Source of the DNA: Tepidisphaeraceae bacterium
Lineage (GTDB): Bacteria > Planctomycetota > Phycisphaerae > Tepidisphaerales > Tepidisphaeraceae
Length of the DNA stretch: 24,000 nt
Assembly (NCBI GenBank): GCA_050010915.1
Contig: JBEKKC010000053.1
Span: 404 to 24,403 of the forward strand
Reading direction: 5' to 3'
Positions 1 to 8,935 of this stretch are shown one piece after another. Made by a program: the position numbers and the translations under genes. The number at the start of each line of letters is the position of its first letter. The stretch's first letter is position 1. The notes beneath the pieces were generated by a model. It saw only the letters and a list, made by a program, of their open reading frames with translations, was not told the origin of the DNA and did not search any database.

Positions 1-587
1 GCCACAACATGGGCGCGGTGCGAAACCTGTGCGATCGCGCGGTGTATCTTCGCAACGGGGAGGTCGATCAGATCGGCGACACCGACGCTGTCGTCGATGC
101 CTATCTGAACAGCACGATCAGCGCCGAAGAGAGCGACCTGCTGAAGCGCCCGAGGTTTCCGGGGTTTTTGCACACGCTGGCAAAATTCGTGGTGATTCCA
201 CCGGCGGGCAAGGCCCGCGTCGTCGCCGGCGGGCAGGCGACCTTTGAATTCGAACTGGACGTGAAGGAGCCGGTGCACAACGCCTGCCTGGGCTTCATGT
301 TCAACTCGGACAAGGGATATCGCGTGCTGGGATTGAACAGCCGGCTGGAACTTCGCGGCGTGACGCTGGAGCCCGGGCGGCGGATCGTGCGCTGCAAGGT
401 CGATTCGCTCCCGCTGAAGCCGGGAAGATACGTGATGGACATCGAGATTCGGAGTAATGCGCGGCCCTACGATTACGTGGAGCACGCGTCGGTGGTGGAC
501 GTCGAATTCGACGATTTCTACGGCACGGGGGAGATGCTCTGGAATTACGAGGGAAGCGTGCTGCATCGCGCGAGTTGGGAATTCTAA
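1..587 (+). CDS. Polysaccharide/O-antigen ABC exporter ATP-binding protein (Wzt/TagH type), C-terminal part only; the 5' end lies left of the window
   Basis: ORF track 9..587, and the frame stays open back to position 3. The first residues (NLCDRAVYLRNGEVDQIGDTDAVVDAYL) look like the extreme end of an ABC nucleotide-binding domain. The remaining ~150 aa (FVVIPPAGKARVVAGGQATFEFELDV...GRYVMDIEIRS) resemble the beta-sandwich Wzt_C-type extension. Third codon positions are G/C-rich. The stop TAA at 585-587 overlaps the next ATG (TAATG). Confidence 0.7.
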   Translation, partial: HNMGAVRNLCDRAVYLRNGEVDQIGDTDAVVDAYLNSTISAEESDLLKRPRFPGFLHTLAKFVVIPPAGKARVVAGGQATFEFELDVKEPVHNACLGFMFNSDKGYRVLGLNSRLELRGVTLEPGRRIVRCKVDSLPLKPGRYVMDIEIRSNARPYDYVEHASVVDVEFDDFYGTGEMLWNYEGSVLHRASWEF

Positions 588-1531
588 TGGTCATGGCGCC
601 CGAAACAACAAGCCCGACTCAACAGACGATGACGCTGCAAGAGGCGTTGAAGCAGGTTTCGATGACCGCGGCGAACGTGGGCAATTCCGCCGCGTTCGAG
701 GCGGTGCTGGAAGACTGGATCAAATTTCTCGGCGGCAGGCCCGGGGAAATCGCCATCGTGGACGGTGGGAGCGCCCCGGCGATGCACGACGTCTATTGGA
801 GGCTGTTCAAGGAGAACAAGATCGACAAGCTTCAGGTGATCCGCCCTGAGCATTGCGAGAACGACCGTGATAAGTGCTATTACCAGGAACACCTCGCCGG
901 CGCGTTCGTCGCCAATCCGTACGTGCTGTTTTTCAAGTCGGACACGTTGCCCTATCGCCAGGGCCACGAGAACTGGCTCGTCGAGGCGATGCAATACCTG
1001 GATCGCGCGGACACGTTCGCCGTGGGCGGGAGCTTCAACGTTCCAAGCAAGCATCACGAGGCGTGGCCGGGATGGTATTTCAGCGACAAGTGCAGCCTGA
1101 ATTTCGCGTTGATGAAGCGGATCACGTTCATGAAGGCGATGGAGGAATTCGCCGGCGAATACATTTCCAGCGGGTTTCGCGGAAAGAGCCCGATGGGCCC
1201 CAACGGCGGACGCTACGTCATGGAAACGGCGTTCGAGCGCTACATTCAGAATCACCAACAGTACACGCTGGTAAAAGTCGAGGACCCCACCTGGACGGTG
1301 TTTCACACCAACATCCAGGGCAAGCGGCTGATGGAGGTGCGGGAGAAATACCTGGCGCGCGTGGGCGTCGAACGCTACATGAACGCCAAGGTAAACAACC
1401 GCGTATGGGGCGGTTGCTTTTACGGTCAGCCGGAGAGGCGCTGGTTGAACTTCAGGTGGAGAGTCAGCGAATGGGTGATCCAGCCGATTGCGCGTGCGAT
1501 CAAGCGGCTCCTGGGAACGGCGGCCCATTGA
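587..1531 (+). CDS. Hypothetical protein, possibly a GT-A-fold glycosyltransferase-like enzyme
   Basis: ORF track 575..1531. The preferred start is ATG 587, which overlaps the upstream stop (TAATG) and suggests translational coupling. The segment EIAIVDGGSAPAM...VLFFKSDTLPY is reminiscent of GT2-like VDxGS / acidic-motif regions, but no clean DxD motif was seen. Coding-like GC3. The antisense ORF 584..1528 is Arg/His-rich junk. Confidence 0.5.
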   Translation: MVMAPETTSPTQQTMTLQEALKQVSMTAANVGNSAAFEAVLEDWIKFLGGRPGEIAIVDGGSAPAMHDVYWRLFKENKIDKLQVIRPEHCENDRDKCYYQEHLAGAFVANPYVLFFKSDTLPYRQGHENWLVEAMQYLDRADTFAVGGSFNVPSKHHEAWPGWYFSDKCSLNFALMKRITFMKAMEEFAGEYISSGFRGKSPMGPNGGRYVMETAFERYIQNHQQYTLVKVEDPTWTVFHTNIQGKRLMEVREKYLARVGVERYMNAKVNNRVWGGCFYGQPERRWLNFRWRVSEWVIQPIARAIKRLLGTAAH

Positions 1532-1532
1532 T

Positions 1533-1642
1533 AAAGATTCACCGCGAAGACGCGAAGGACGCGAAGTTGCGCGAAGAAAAAACAGAATTTGATTTTAACT
1601 TCGCGCAACTTCGCGTCCTTCGCGTCTTCGCGGTAAATCTTT
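1533..1642. repeat. Long inverted repeat (hairpin element A): 44-nt arms, 43/44 complementary, 22-nt A/T-rich loop
   Basis: Left arm 1533-1576 is aaagattcaccgcgaagacgcgaaggacgcgaagttgcgcgaag. Right arm 1599-1642 is cttcgcgcaacttcgcgtccttcgcgtcttcgcggtaaatcttt, its reverse complement with one mismatch. The loop is aaaaaacagaatttgattttaa. CGCGAAG occurs four times in the left arm, at 1543, 1551, 1560 and 1570. The element lies in the 127-nt gap between two same-strand genes. Confidence 0.9.
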
Positions 1643-1658
1643 TCAGTAACGCTCGATC

Positions 1659-2765
1659 ATGAGGATCAATTTCATCCTGACCAACGCGAGCATGTCGGGC
1701 GGGACGCGCGTGATCGCGACGCAGGCGCGCCAGTTGATGGCGCGGGGGCACGAGGTGCGGGCGTTTTCGACCCCTCCACGGCCGCCGGGATTTCGCAAAA
1801 CGGTCAAATCGTTGTTGCGCGGCAGGGGCTGGCCGAAAATCTGGAAGTTAGGCCCGTCATTCTTCGACGGCAGCGGCGTGCCGCACACCGTCCTCCAGAA
1901 ATTCCGCCCCATTTCCAACTCCGATTTGCCCGATGCCGACGTCGTCGTGGCGACGTGGTGGGAGACGGCGCCGTGGGTTTGGCGGCTTGCGCCGTCGAAG
2001 GGGGCCAAGGCCTTCTTCATTCAGCATCACGAAATCTGGAGCGGATACCCCAAGCAGGTGGACGCCGCCTGGCGATTGCCTCTGCGCAAGATCGTGATTT
2101 CACGATGGTTGAAGGAATTGGCGGGGGAAAAGTTCGGCGATCGGGACGTTTCGCTGGTCCCGAACAGCGTGGACATGAACCTATTCAACGCCCCGCCGCG
2201 TGCGCGGCACGAGCGGCCGACCGTGGGATTGCTCTACAATACCATCTGGTTCAAAGGCTGCGACGTGGCGTTGCAGGCAATCGAAATCGCGCGGCGGGAA
2301 ATCCCGGATTTGCAGTTGGTTGTGTTCGGTCAGGAGAGCGTTCGCCGCTGGATGCCGTTGCCGCAAAGTGCGCAATATTTGATCAATCCCCCGCAGGAAA
2401 CGATCCGCGACATTTACGCCAGGTGCGACGTCTGGCTATGCGGCAGCCGGTCCGAAGGATTTCATCTTCCGCCGCTGGAGGCGATGGCCTGCCGATGCCC
2501 CGTCGTTTCCACGCGGGTTGGCGGTCCGATGGATATCATCGAGGAAGGCAAAAACGGGTTTCTGGTTGACGTGGAGGACCACGACGAATTGGCGGAGCGA
2601 TTGGTGCGGGTATTGAAATTATCGGACCAGGGGTGGCGGGCAATGTCCGATGCCGCGTATGCTACCGCCTGCCGATATACATGGCAGGACGCCGCCGCGT
2701 TGATGGAAGAGGCGTTGCTGACGACGATTGAAAGGTCCCGGACCAAGCGGGCGACGGAGGCCTGA
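1659..2765 (+). CDS. Glycosyltransferase family 4 (GT-B fold, group 1)
   Basis: The N-terminus MRINFILTNASMSGGTRVIATQARQLMARGHEV is a typical GT4 N-terminal domain. The C-terminal segment SRSEGFHLPPLEAMACRCPVVSTRVGGPMDIIEEGKNGFLV matches the E-x7-E-type glycos_transf_1 signature. Confidence 0.85.
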   Translation: MRINFILTNASMSGGTRVIATQARQLMARGHEVRAFSTPPRPPGFRKTVKSLLRGRGWPKIWKLGPSFFDGSGVPHTVLQKFRPISNSDLPDADVVVATWWETAPWVWRLAPSKGAKAFFIQHHEIWSGYPKQVDAAWRLPLRKIVISRWLKELAGEKFGDRDVSLVPNSVDMNLFNAPPRARHERPTVGLLYNTIWFKGCDVALQAIEIARREIPDLQLVVFGQESVRRWMPLPQSAQYLINPPQETIRDIYARCDVWLCGSRSEGFHLPPLEAMACRCPVVSTRVGGPMDIIEEGKNGFLVDVEDHDELAERLVRVLKLSDQGWRAMSDAAYATACRYTWQDAAALMEEALLTTIERSRTKRATEA

Positions 2766-2836
2766 AATAGACGTTGGCAAGACCGGGCCGCGCACCGCCG
2801 TTTATTGGACCACCGCCGCTCGTTGGAGTCGCAAGA

Positions 2837-4237
2837 ATGCTTGGGATTCAAGGCAATGCCTTCGCGGCGCTGGCGCTGTTCGGGTACATCCCGTTCGCGT
2901 TCCTGTTGTTCGCCGTTCTTCCTCCGCGCAAGGCGGTCATTTATGACTTCCTGGTGGCGTGGCTGTTCCTGCCGATGTCGCATTTGCCGCTGCACGGCTT
3001 CACGGATTTCAACAAGATGTCGGCGGCATGCGTGGGCACGCTGCTGGCGACGTGCGTCTTCGATCTGGATACGGTCCTGTCGTTCCGTCCGAAACTCCGG
3101 GACATCCCGATGCTGGTCTGGTGCCTGTGTCCCTATGTCTCCTCCTACTTCAACGGGCACAGCACTTACGACGGCGTTTCGGCGGTCGTGTACCAGACCA
3201 CAACCTGGGGATTGCCGTACTTCATCGGGCGGATTTACTTCAACGACCTGAAGGGGCTGCGTGAACTGGCGATCGGGATCGTGGTCGGGGGGATGCTGTA
3301 CCTTCCGTTCGTCTGGTTCGAGTTGCGTATGAGCCCGCAGCTTCACCGGATTGTTTACGGATACATGCAATATGAATTCGCCCAGTCCACGCGCTACGGC
3401 GGTTACAGGCCGATGGTGTTCATGCAGCACGGGCTTGCGGTGGCGATGTGGTTGGTAACCACCGCCATGACGGCATTCTGGCTTTGGCGATGCAAAGTCG
3501 TGGACAAGCTGTTGGGCATTCCGATGTGGTTGGTCTGCCTGTTGCTGGTGGGAACGGCGGCGTGGGACCACTCGATCGGCGCCGCGGCGCTGATGGTGGT
3601 TGGATTGGCGGTGCTCTGGCTGACGGGAATCACCCGATCAAGCGTTTGGATCGTCGCTTTGACGCTGATCCCCCCTGTCTGGATGGTCGTTCGGACCACG
3701 GGTTTTTGGAACGGACACGACCTGGTCCAGTTCATCCAACAATATGACAAGCGGGCCGCCGGGTCGCTTTCCGTGCGCCTTCACAGCGAGCGTGCCCTGA
3801 CCGACCGGGCCATGGAGCATCCGATCTACGGCTGGACCGGCTGGCACCTCTACGAAGGCCGGGAAGTAACCGAAAACCGCGCCGTTCCCGACCAGATGTG
3901 GATCATCGCCTTCGGAAAATTCGGCCTGATCGGGTTGATTTCGATGACCACCACGTTGTTGTTGCCCGTGCTGGTTCTGGCATGGCGAATTCCCGTGCGA
4001 TACTGGCAACACCCGGGCGCCGCGCCGGCGGCGGCGCTGGCGATGCTGCTCACCCTCCACATGTGCGACATGCTGTTTAACGCCATGGTCAACCCGATCT
4101 TCATCCTGTGCGCCGGCGGGGTGACGGGGCTGAGCTTCTCGCTCCGCGGGTCGTCCCAGCAGGCGCCCGCCCGGCCTATGCTCATGAACGCGCCGCCGCA
4201 TCCGGTGCCGATGGGTCCGAGCGCCGCATCGGCTTGA
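2837..4237 (+). CDS. Polytopic membrane protein, O-antigen ligase/polymerase-like (Wzy_C family: WaaL / Wzy / O-oligosaccharyltransferase type)
   Basis: ORF track 2774..4237. The preferred start is ATG 2837, preceded by GGAG at 2825-2828. There are about 10-12 hydrophobic segments. A late large loop (SVRLHSERALTDRAMEHPIYGWTGW...) is followed by IIAFGKFGLIGL, which resembles the Wzy_C loop plus following helix. Which subfamily it belongs to cannot be decided by eye. Confidence 0.6.
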   Translation: MLGIQGNAFAALALFGYIPFAFLLFAVLPPRKAVIYDFLVAWLFLPMSHLPLHGFTDFNKMSAACVGTLLATCVFDLDTVLSFRPKLRDIPMLVWCLCPYVSSYFNGHSTYDGVSAVVYQTTTWGLPYFIGRIYFNDLKGLRELAIGIVVGGMLYLPFVWFELRMSPQLHRIVYGYMQYEFAQSTRYGGYRPMVFMQHGLAVAMWLVTTAMTAFWLWRCKVVDKLLGIPMWLVCLLLVGTAAWDHSIGAAALMVVGLAVLWLTGITRSSVWIVALTLIPPVWMVVRTTGFWNGHDLVQFIQQYDKRAAGSLSVRLHSERALTDRAMEHPIYGWTGWHLYEGREVTENRAVPDQMWIIAFGKFGLIGLISMTTTLLLPVLVLAWRIPVRYWQHPGAAPAAALAMLLTLHMCDMLFNAMVNPIFILCAGGVTGLSFSLRGSSQQAPARPMLMNAPPHPVPMGPSAASA

Positions 4238-4259
4238 AACGCCCCACGGAAATCCGCCC

Positions 4260-5531
4260 GTGTATCTGGTTCCCATTCAAGTTCCGATCTATCTGGACGG
4301 CGACCGCAAGCTGGTCACGACCGAATGGCTCCGATCGCTGGAACTGTTGCGTGACAGCTTCGGCGGACGGTTCGGGCAAATCGCCGTGGCGGCGCCAAGT
4401 TTGCCGGCAAAGAGCGCATCGGTCGAGCAAACGCTGGTGGAAGTGCCGCAAAACGCCGACGGGCTCGAGTTCTTCCCCAGCTTCGACAAGCGATGCCGCG
4501 CTCGGCGATTCTGGTTCCACGATCGCGCCCGATGGCAATCGGATCTTGTCGCCCTAACCGGGCGCGCCGAGGTCGTTCACGCGGGGGTTGACGACGTGTA
4601 TCGTCCCATCGCGTTCGAGGGGTTCCGCATCGGATTGCGTTTCGGCAAGCCGACGGTATTCGTCCAGGACACCGACAACGTGGTGCAGCAGCGCCAGCTT
4701 GTCGCCGGCCAAGGGCCGGCCCTGCGCGCCAAGGTCGGCGCTTACACGTGGATCTATGAGCGGATGTGCCGATGGGGCGTGGCGCGGGCGGACTTGTCGC
4801 TGCTCAAAGGCTCGGCCCTGATTCGCCGCTACGGCGCCTACGCCAAAAACGCAAAGGAATTTCATGATACGTCGTTTTCCGCCGCGGACATCGTCGCGCG
4901 GGACGAACTGGAACGGAGATTGGCAACGCTGAGCCAGCCGCGGCCGCTGCGCCTGGTCTACTGCGGGCGGCTCACGGGACGCAAGGGCGTGGATTGGAGT
5001 TTGCGCATTTTGGCCCGCGGGATCGCGTTGGGCGCATCCGTGGAATTCGACGTGATCGGGGATGGAACGGAGCGCCAGGGACTCGAGTCGCTGGCCCAGT
5101 CCGCCGGAATCGGGCAGCGCGTCCGGTTCCTCGGATCGTTGCCGTACGACGCGGCGCTGCTCAAACGGCTGGCGGGCTATGATGGAATGCTGTTCACGCC
5201 CACGGCCGAGGATACGCCGCGGATGATTTTCGACGGCTACGCGGCCGGGTTGCCGTTGGTGGCGTTCGATATCGGCTATGTTCGGGAACGACTTGAGCAG
5301 GAACACGCCACATTTTTGATGCCGCGCGAGCGAATCGAGGAATCGGCCGCGGGCCTGGCGAGACTTTGCCGGAATCCCGGACAATTGGCGGAGCTTTCCC
5401 GTTCGGCGCGGGTTGCGGCGGAATACCACAGCGCGGAAAATTGGTATCGACGACGTGCCGAATGGACGATTGAAGCTGTTGAGAGACATGCCCGTGCCAG
5501 GGGCACGGCCGCCGTAGGAAGAGCCGCATGA
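4260..5531 (+). CDS. Glycosyltransferase, GT-B fold (group 1-like)
   Basis: GTG start at 4260. The C-terminal half (LRLVYCGRLTGRKGVDWSLRILA...VEFDVIGDGTERQGLESLAQSAGIGQRVRFLGSLPYD...MLFTPTAEDTPRMIFDGYAAGLPLVAFD) has the usual GT1/GT4 arrangement. The stop overlaps the next start (ATGA at 5528-5531). Confidence 0.7.
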   Translation: MYLVPIQVPIYLDGDRKLVTTEWLRSLELLRDSFGGRFGQIAVAAPSLPAKSASVEQTLVEVPQNADGLEFFPSFDKRCRARRFWFHDRARWQSDLVALTGRAEVVHAGVDDVYRPIAFEGFRIGLRFGKPTVFVQDTDNVVQQRQLVAGQGPALRAKVGAYTWIYERMCRWGVARADLSLLKGSALIRRYGAYAKNAKEFHDTSFSAADIVARDELERRLATLSQPRPLRLVYCGRLTGRKGVDWSLRILARGIALGASVEFDVIGDGTERQGLESLAQSAGIGQRVRFLGSLPYDAALLKRLAGYDGMLFTPTAEDTPRMIFDGYAAGLPLVAFDIGYVRERLEQEHATFLMPRERIEESAAGLARLCRNPGQLAELSRSARVAAEYHSAENWYRRRAEWTIEAVERHARARGTAAVGRAA

Positions 5532-6538
5532 ATTTGCTGGTTATCATCGTCAATTATCGGACGCCCAAGCTGACGCTGGATTGTCTGGCGTCGCTGGCGC
5601 CGCAGGTCGACGACGGGCTGCAAGCGCACGTCATCGTCGTGGACAACGCGTCGGGCGACAATTCCGTGGACTGCCTGAGGCAGGCCATCGCCAAAAATGA
5701 CTGGGGAAACTGGGCAACCGTGATGCCCGCCAAGGCAAACCTCGGATTTGCCGGGGGCAACAATCTGGCTTTGGATAAGCTCCTGGACCATCCCGAAGCG
5801 CGGTACGTCCTGCTGCTGAACAGCGACACGATCGTCGGCGAAGGCGTATTGCGGCATTGCTATGAAAAGATGGCCGCCAATCCCTCCATCGGGATCATGA
5901 GTTGCCTGCTGCTGAATCCCGACCACAGTGTGCAGAACGCCGCGCGTCGGTTGCCCACGCCATGGCGGATGGCGGCGATCAGCTTTGGGCTGCCGTGGAT
6001 TTGGCCCAGGGGATTTGCCTGGGCGGACCTGGACGATCCCGGTTGGGACCGCCGAACCGAATCCCGCGAGGTGGAGTGGGTGGGCGGCGCGTTCATGTTC
6101 ATCCGGCGAAAAGTGATCGACAAGCTCGGCGGGCTGGATACGCGGTTTTTCTTCTACGGCGAGGACGTCGAATTCTGCCGCCGGGCCAGGAAACACGACT
6201 GGATCATCTGGTACGACCCCGCGGTTTCGGTGGTCCACGTTGCCGGAGCGTCCAGCGATCCGAGCCGCCTCGATCCCAAGGAACGCAATGCGTTGAAATG
6301 GCAGGCGAGATATCTGATGCAGCGGCGCTGCTACGGGTTGGCCGCGGAGATCCTTCTGCGCGCGGTGGATATCGCCAGCTTTGGACTGCGGTTCTTGAAG
6401 CTGCTGTTTATGCGGCGCAGCCATTCACCGGAGTTCGCGGCGCAGAAGGACGTGCTGACCATGCTGCTGCATTGGCCGGCGGCAGGCGAAGCCTCCGTCG
6501 CGGCAGGCGAAGCCTCGGCGGCGGCAAACAAGAGGTGA
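5528..6538 (+). CDS. Glycosyltransferase family 2
   Basis: The sequence contains MNLLVIIVNYRTPKLTLDCLASL...VIVVDNASGDNSV...NLGFAGGNNLAL...LLLNSDTIV and GAFMFIRRKVIDKLGGLDTRFFFYGEDVEFCRRA. This is the classic GT2 (rhamnosyltransferase-like) motif series. Confidence 0.85.
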   Translation: MNLLVIIVNYRTPKLTLDCLASLAPQVDDGLQAHVIVVDNASGDNSVDCLRQAIAKNDWGNWATVMPAKANLGFAGGNNLALDKLLDHPEARYVLLLNSDTIVGEGVLRHCYEKMAANPSIGIMSCLLLNPDHSVQNAARRLPTPWRMAAISFGLPWIWPRGFAWADLDDPGWDRRTESREVEWVGGAFMFIRRKVIDKLGGLDTRFFFYGEDVEFCRRARKHDWIIWYDPAVSVVHVAGASSDPSRLDPKERNALKWQARYLMQRRCYGLAAEILLRAVDIASFGLRFLKLLFMRRSHSPEFAAQKDVLTMLLHWPAAGEASVAAGEASAAANKR

Positions 6539-6544
6539 CCACTC

Positions 6545-7681
6545 ATGCCGCGACGACTCCGCGTCGCCTTTGCCCTGCCGGGCCTGCACAGGGTCGTGCG
6601 CGGGGCGGAGACGGCCTTCGAGCAGATCGCACGGCATCTGGCGCGCCTGGGGCATCAAGTCACTGTTTTCGGATCCGGCTTGCCCAGGGCCGGCGAGCCT
6701 TATCGCTTTTCCCACGTGCCCTGCGTTCCCCGAGAAAGGTTCGAGAATTGGCCTAAATTCCCGTTTCTCCGCTCCCATTATGCCTGGGAGGAACTGACGT
6801 TTGCGCCGGGACTGCTGCGCCAATTCCAAGCCCGCGATTTCGACGTATCCGTCGCCTGCTCTTATCCGTATTCGAACTGGATTCTGCGCCGCCACGGAGG
6901 CTCCGCCTGCCGCAAGCCGGTGAAACACGTCTTCGTCACGCAGAACGGCGATTGGATGGTGCGGTCGAACGACGCGGAATACCGGCTCTTCGGCTGCGAC
7001 GGTTTGGTCTGCACGAACGGGCAGTATTTTGAGCGGCATAAGGATCGATTCCGCTGCGCCCTGATCCCCAACGGCGTGGAGCCGGACGTTTTCAAGCCGG
7101 GCGAGGGCGACCGATCCGCATACGGTTTGCCCGCCGACGGGCCGGTGGCGCTGATGGTCAGCGCGCTCATTCCCTCGAAGCGAGTCGTCGAAGGCGTGCG
7201 CGCCGTGGCCAAAGTGCCCGGAATATTTCTGGTCATCGCGGGCGACGGCCAATGCCGCGACGACGTGGACCGCGAAGGCCGCCGCCTCATGGCGGGAAGA
7301 TATCGGCGATTGCAATTGCCTCGTGAACGGATGCCCGGGCTGTACCGTTGCGCCGACGTGTTCCTTCACATGAGCCGCGAGGAACCCTCCGCCAATGCAT
7401 ATTTGGAAGCGTTGGCGACGGGCTTGCCGGTGGTGGCGCACGATTGGGAGGTGACGCGCTGGACGCTGGAGGAGACCGGCGTTTTGGTGGACACGGCCGA
7501 TCTGGCCGCGGTCGCCAACGGCATTTGGCGCGCGATCCCCCGCCGCGAAAGCGCTGACGTCGCGGCCCGCCGGGCGCTGGTCCAGCGCCGGTTCGCCTGG
7601 TCGGTGTTGGCGCCGAAGTACGCGGAGTTCTTTTTCGAGTTGCTTGACGCGGACCCGCGCGGAGCGGGGTGTTCGCAATGA
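6545..7681 (+). CDS. Glycosyltransferase family 4 (GT-B)
   Basis: The N-terminus is RLRVAFALPGLHRVVRGAETAFEQIARHLARLGHQVTVFGSG. The C-terminal segment ADVFLHMSREEPSANAYLEALATGLPVVAHDWEVTRWTLEETGVLVD is a glycos_transf_1-type motif. The 1.3-kb antisense ORF is Arg-rich shadow. Confidence 0.8.
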   Translation: MPRRLRVAFALPGLHRVVRGAETAFEQIARHLARLGHQVTVFGSGLPRAGEPYRFSHVPCVPRERFENWPKFPFLRSHYAWEELTFAPGLLRQFQARDFDVSVACSYPYSNWILRRHGGSACRKPVKHVFVTQNGDWMVRSNDAEYRLFGCDGLVCTNGQYFERHKDRFRCALIPNGVEPDVFKPGEGDRSAYGLPADGPVALMVSALIPSKRVVEGVRAVAKVPGIFLVIAGDGQCRDDVDREGRRLMAGRYRRLQLPRERMPGLYRCADVFLHMSREEPSANAYLEALATGLPVVAHDWEVTRWTLEETGVLVDTADLAAVANGIWRAIPRRESADVAARRALVQRRFAWSVLAPKYAEFFFELLDADPRGAGCSQ

Positions 7682-7718
7682 CCGCACCCGCCGGATATCC
7701 TCTTTAAAGCACCCGGGC

Positions 7719-8921
7719 ATGCCGCACTTCTTCTACATTCCGTTTTTGTTCGCGATCGGAGCGTGCGTTGGAAGCTTTTTGAACGTGGTGGTGTATCGAA
7801 TGCCGCGGGGGATGTCGCTGATCAGGCCGCCATCGCGCTGCCCCGAATGCGAAACGCCCCTGGCGTGGTATGACAACGTTCCCGTTTTCGGGTGGATTTA
7901 CCTGCGTGGAAAGTGCCGGTATTGCCGCAAGCCGATTTCGCCGCGCTATCCGATTGTCGAGGCGGTCACCGGCTGTTTGTTCGTCTTCTATTACATCATG
8001 TTTTTCATTTTGCACTTCGGGCCCACGGGGGAAATGAGCTGGCCGATTTACGGGTTGTACACGATGCTCATCAGCGGGCTGCTGGCGGCCAGCGTGATCG
8101 ACGCGGAGTTGTTCATCATCCCCGCGGGAATCCCCTGGTGGATCGCGGCCGGCGGGATCATCGTGCATGCCGTGGCCGATCAGCCGGGATCGGCCGGTTC
8201 TCTGATGCAGTGGCCATCGGCGTTGGCGCTGTGCGGCGGATCGGCGATTGGGCTGGCCATCAGCGTGGCGATGCTCCAATTGCGGATTTTGCCCCTGAGC
8301 TTTCCGACGGGAGATTTGCTGGAAGTGGAACGGGCGGAGTTGGAAGAGAAGGCCAGGAAGGCGGCCGATGCGGGCGAGCAAGGCCCGGACGTTCCGCCGG
8401 AATTCACCGCCGCGGAGATTCGCCGGGAGATTCGCAAGGAGATGTTGTTTCTGATGCCCCCGCTGGTTCTGGGGGGAGTCTCCGTGCTGCTGCACCTGCA
8501 CGCGCCGGCCGTGCGCCAGATGTGGTACGCCGCCGCCAGGATCGACTGGCTCAACGCGGGAATGGGATCGCTGTTGGGCGGTATGGTCGGCGCGTTCGTG
8601 GTGTGGCTGACTCGGATTCTCGGCTCCTACGTCATGGGGAAAGAAGCCATGGGATTGGGAGACATGCACCTGATGTTCGGCATCGGGGCGGTGCTCGGCG
8701 GCTCAGCCGCAACGATCACCTTCTTCATCGCTCCCTTCGCCGCCATCGCCGTCGGAATTTATCTGCTCATCGCCCATTCGCGCCGCCAGCTTCCATTCGG
8801 TCCCTATTTGAGTTTGGCGGCGGGCTTCGTCATGCTATTTTATCCCCCGATCGCCGCGTACCTGCAGCCCGGATTGCAAGCCATGATCGCCCTGATTCGC
8901 CAGATGTTGCCGGGCACTTAA
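7719..8921 (+). CDS. Prepilin (type IV leader) peptidase, A24 family (PilD/GspO type), unusually long (~400 aa)
   Basis: ORF track 7644..8921, with preferred start ATG 7719 (MPHFFYIPFLFAIGACVGSFLNVVVYRMP). The Cys4 N-terminal domain is CPECETPLAWYDNVPVFGWIYLRGKCRYCRKPISPRYPIVE. The first catalytic-type Asp lies in SVIDAELFIIP (codon 8100-8102). The second lies in GLGDMHLMFGIG (codon 8661-8663). Confidence 0.85.
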   Translation: MPHFFYIPFLFAIGACVGSFLNVVVYRMPRGMSLIRPPSRCPECETPLAWYDNVPVFGWIYLRGKCRYCRKPISPRYPIVEAVTGCLFVFYYIMFFILHFGPTGEMSWPIYGLYTMLISGLLAASVIDAELFIIPAGIPWWIAAGGIIVHAVADQPGSAGSLMQWPSALALCGGSAIGLAISVAMLQLRILPLSFPTGDLLEVERAELEEKARKAADAGEQGPDVPPEFTAAEIRREIRKEMLFLMPPLVLGGVSVLLHLHAPAVRQMWYAAARIDWLNAGMGSLLGGMVGAFVVWLTRILGSYVMGKEAMGLGDMHLMFGIGAVLGGSAATITFFIAPFAAIAVGIYLLIAHSRRQLPFGPYLSLAAGFVMLFYPPIAAYLQPGLQAMIALIRQMLPGT

Positions 8922-8935
8922 CCTGCGAGGATCTT

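Noticed and set aside
5276-7720. Two very long minus-strand ORFs (5276..6424, 382 aa; 6425..7720, 431 aa) antisense to the GT2/GT4 genes. Similar ORFs occur at 584..1528(-), 2462..3571(-), 4554..5489(-) and 7704..8669(-).
   Set aside because: Their translations are Arg/Pro/Ala/Gly/His-rich low-complexity sequences with no motifs. The plus-strand partners carry clear glycosyltransferase or peptidase motifs and G/C-rich third positions. These are typical shadow ORFs of high-GC DNA.
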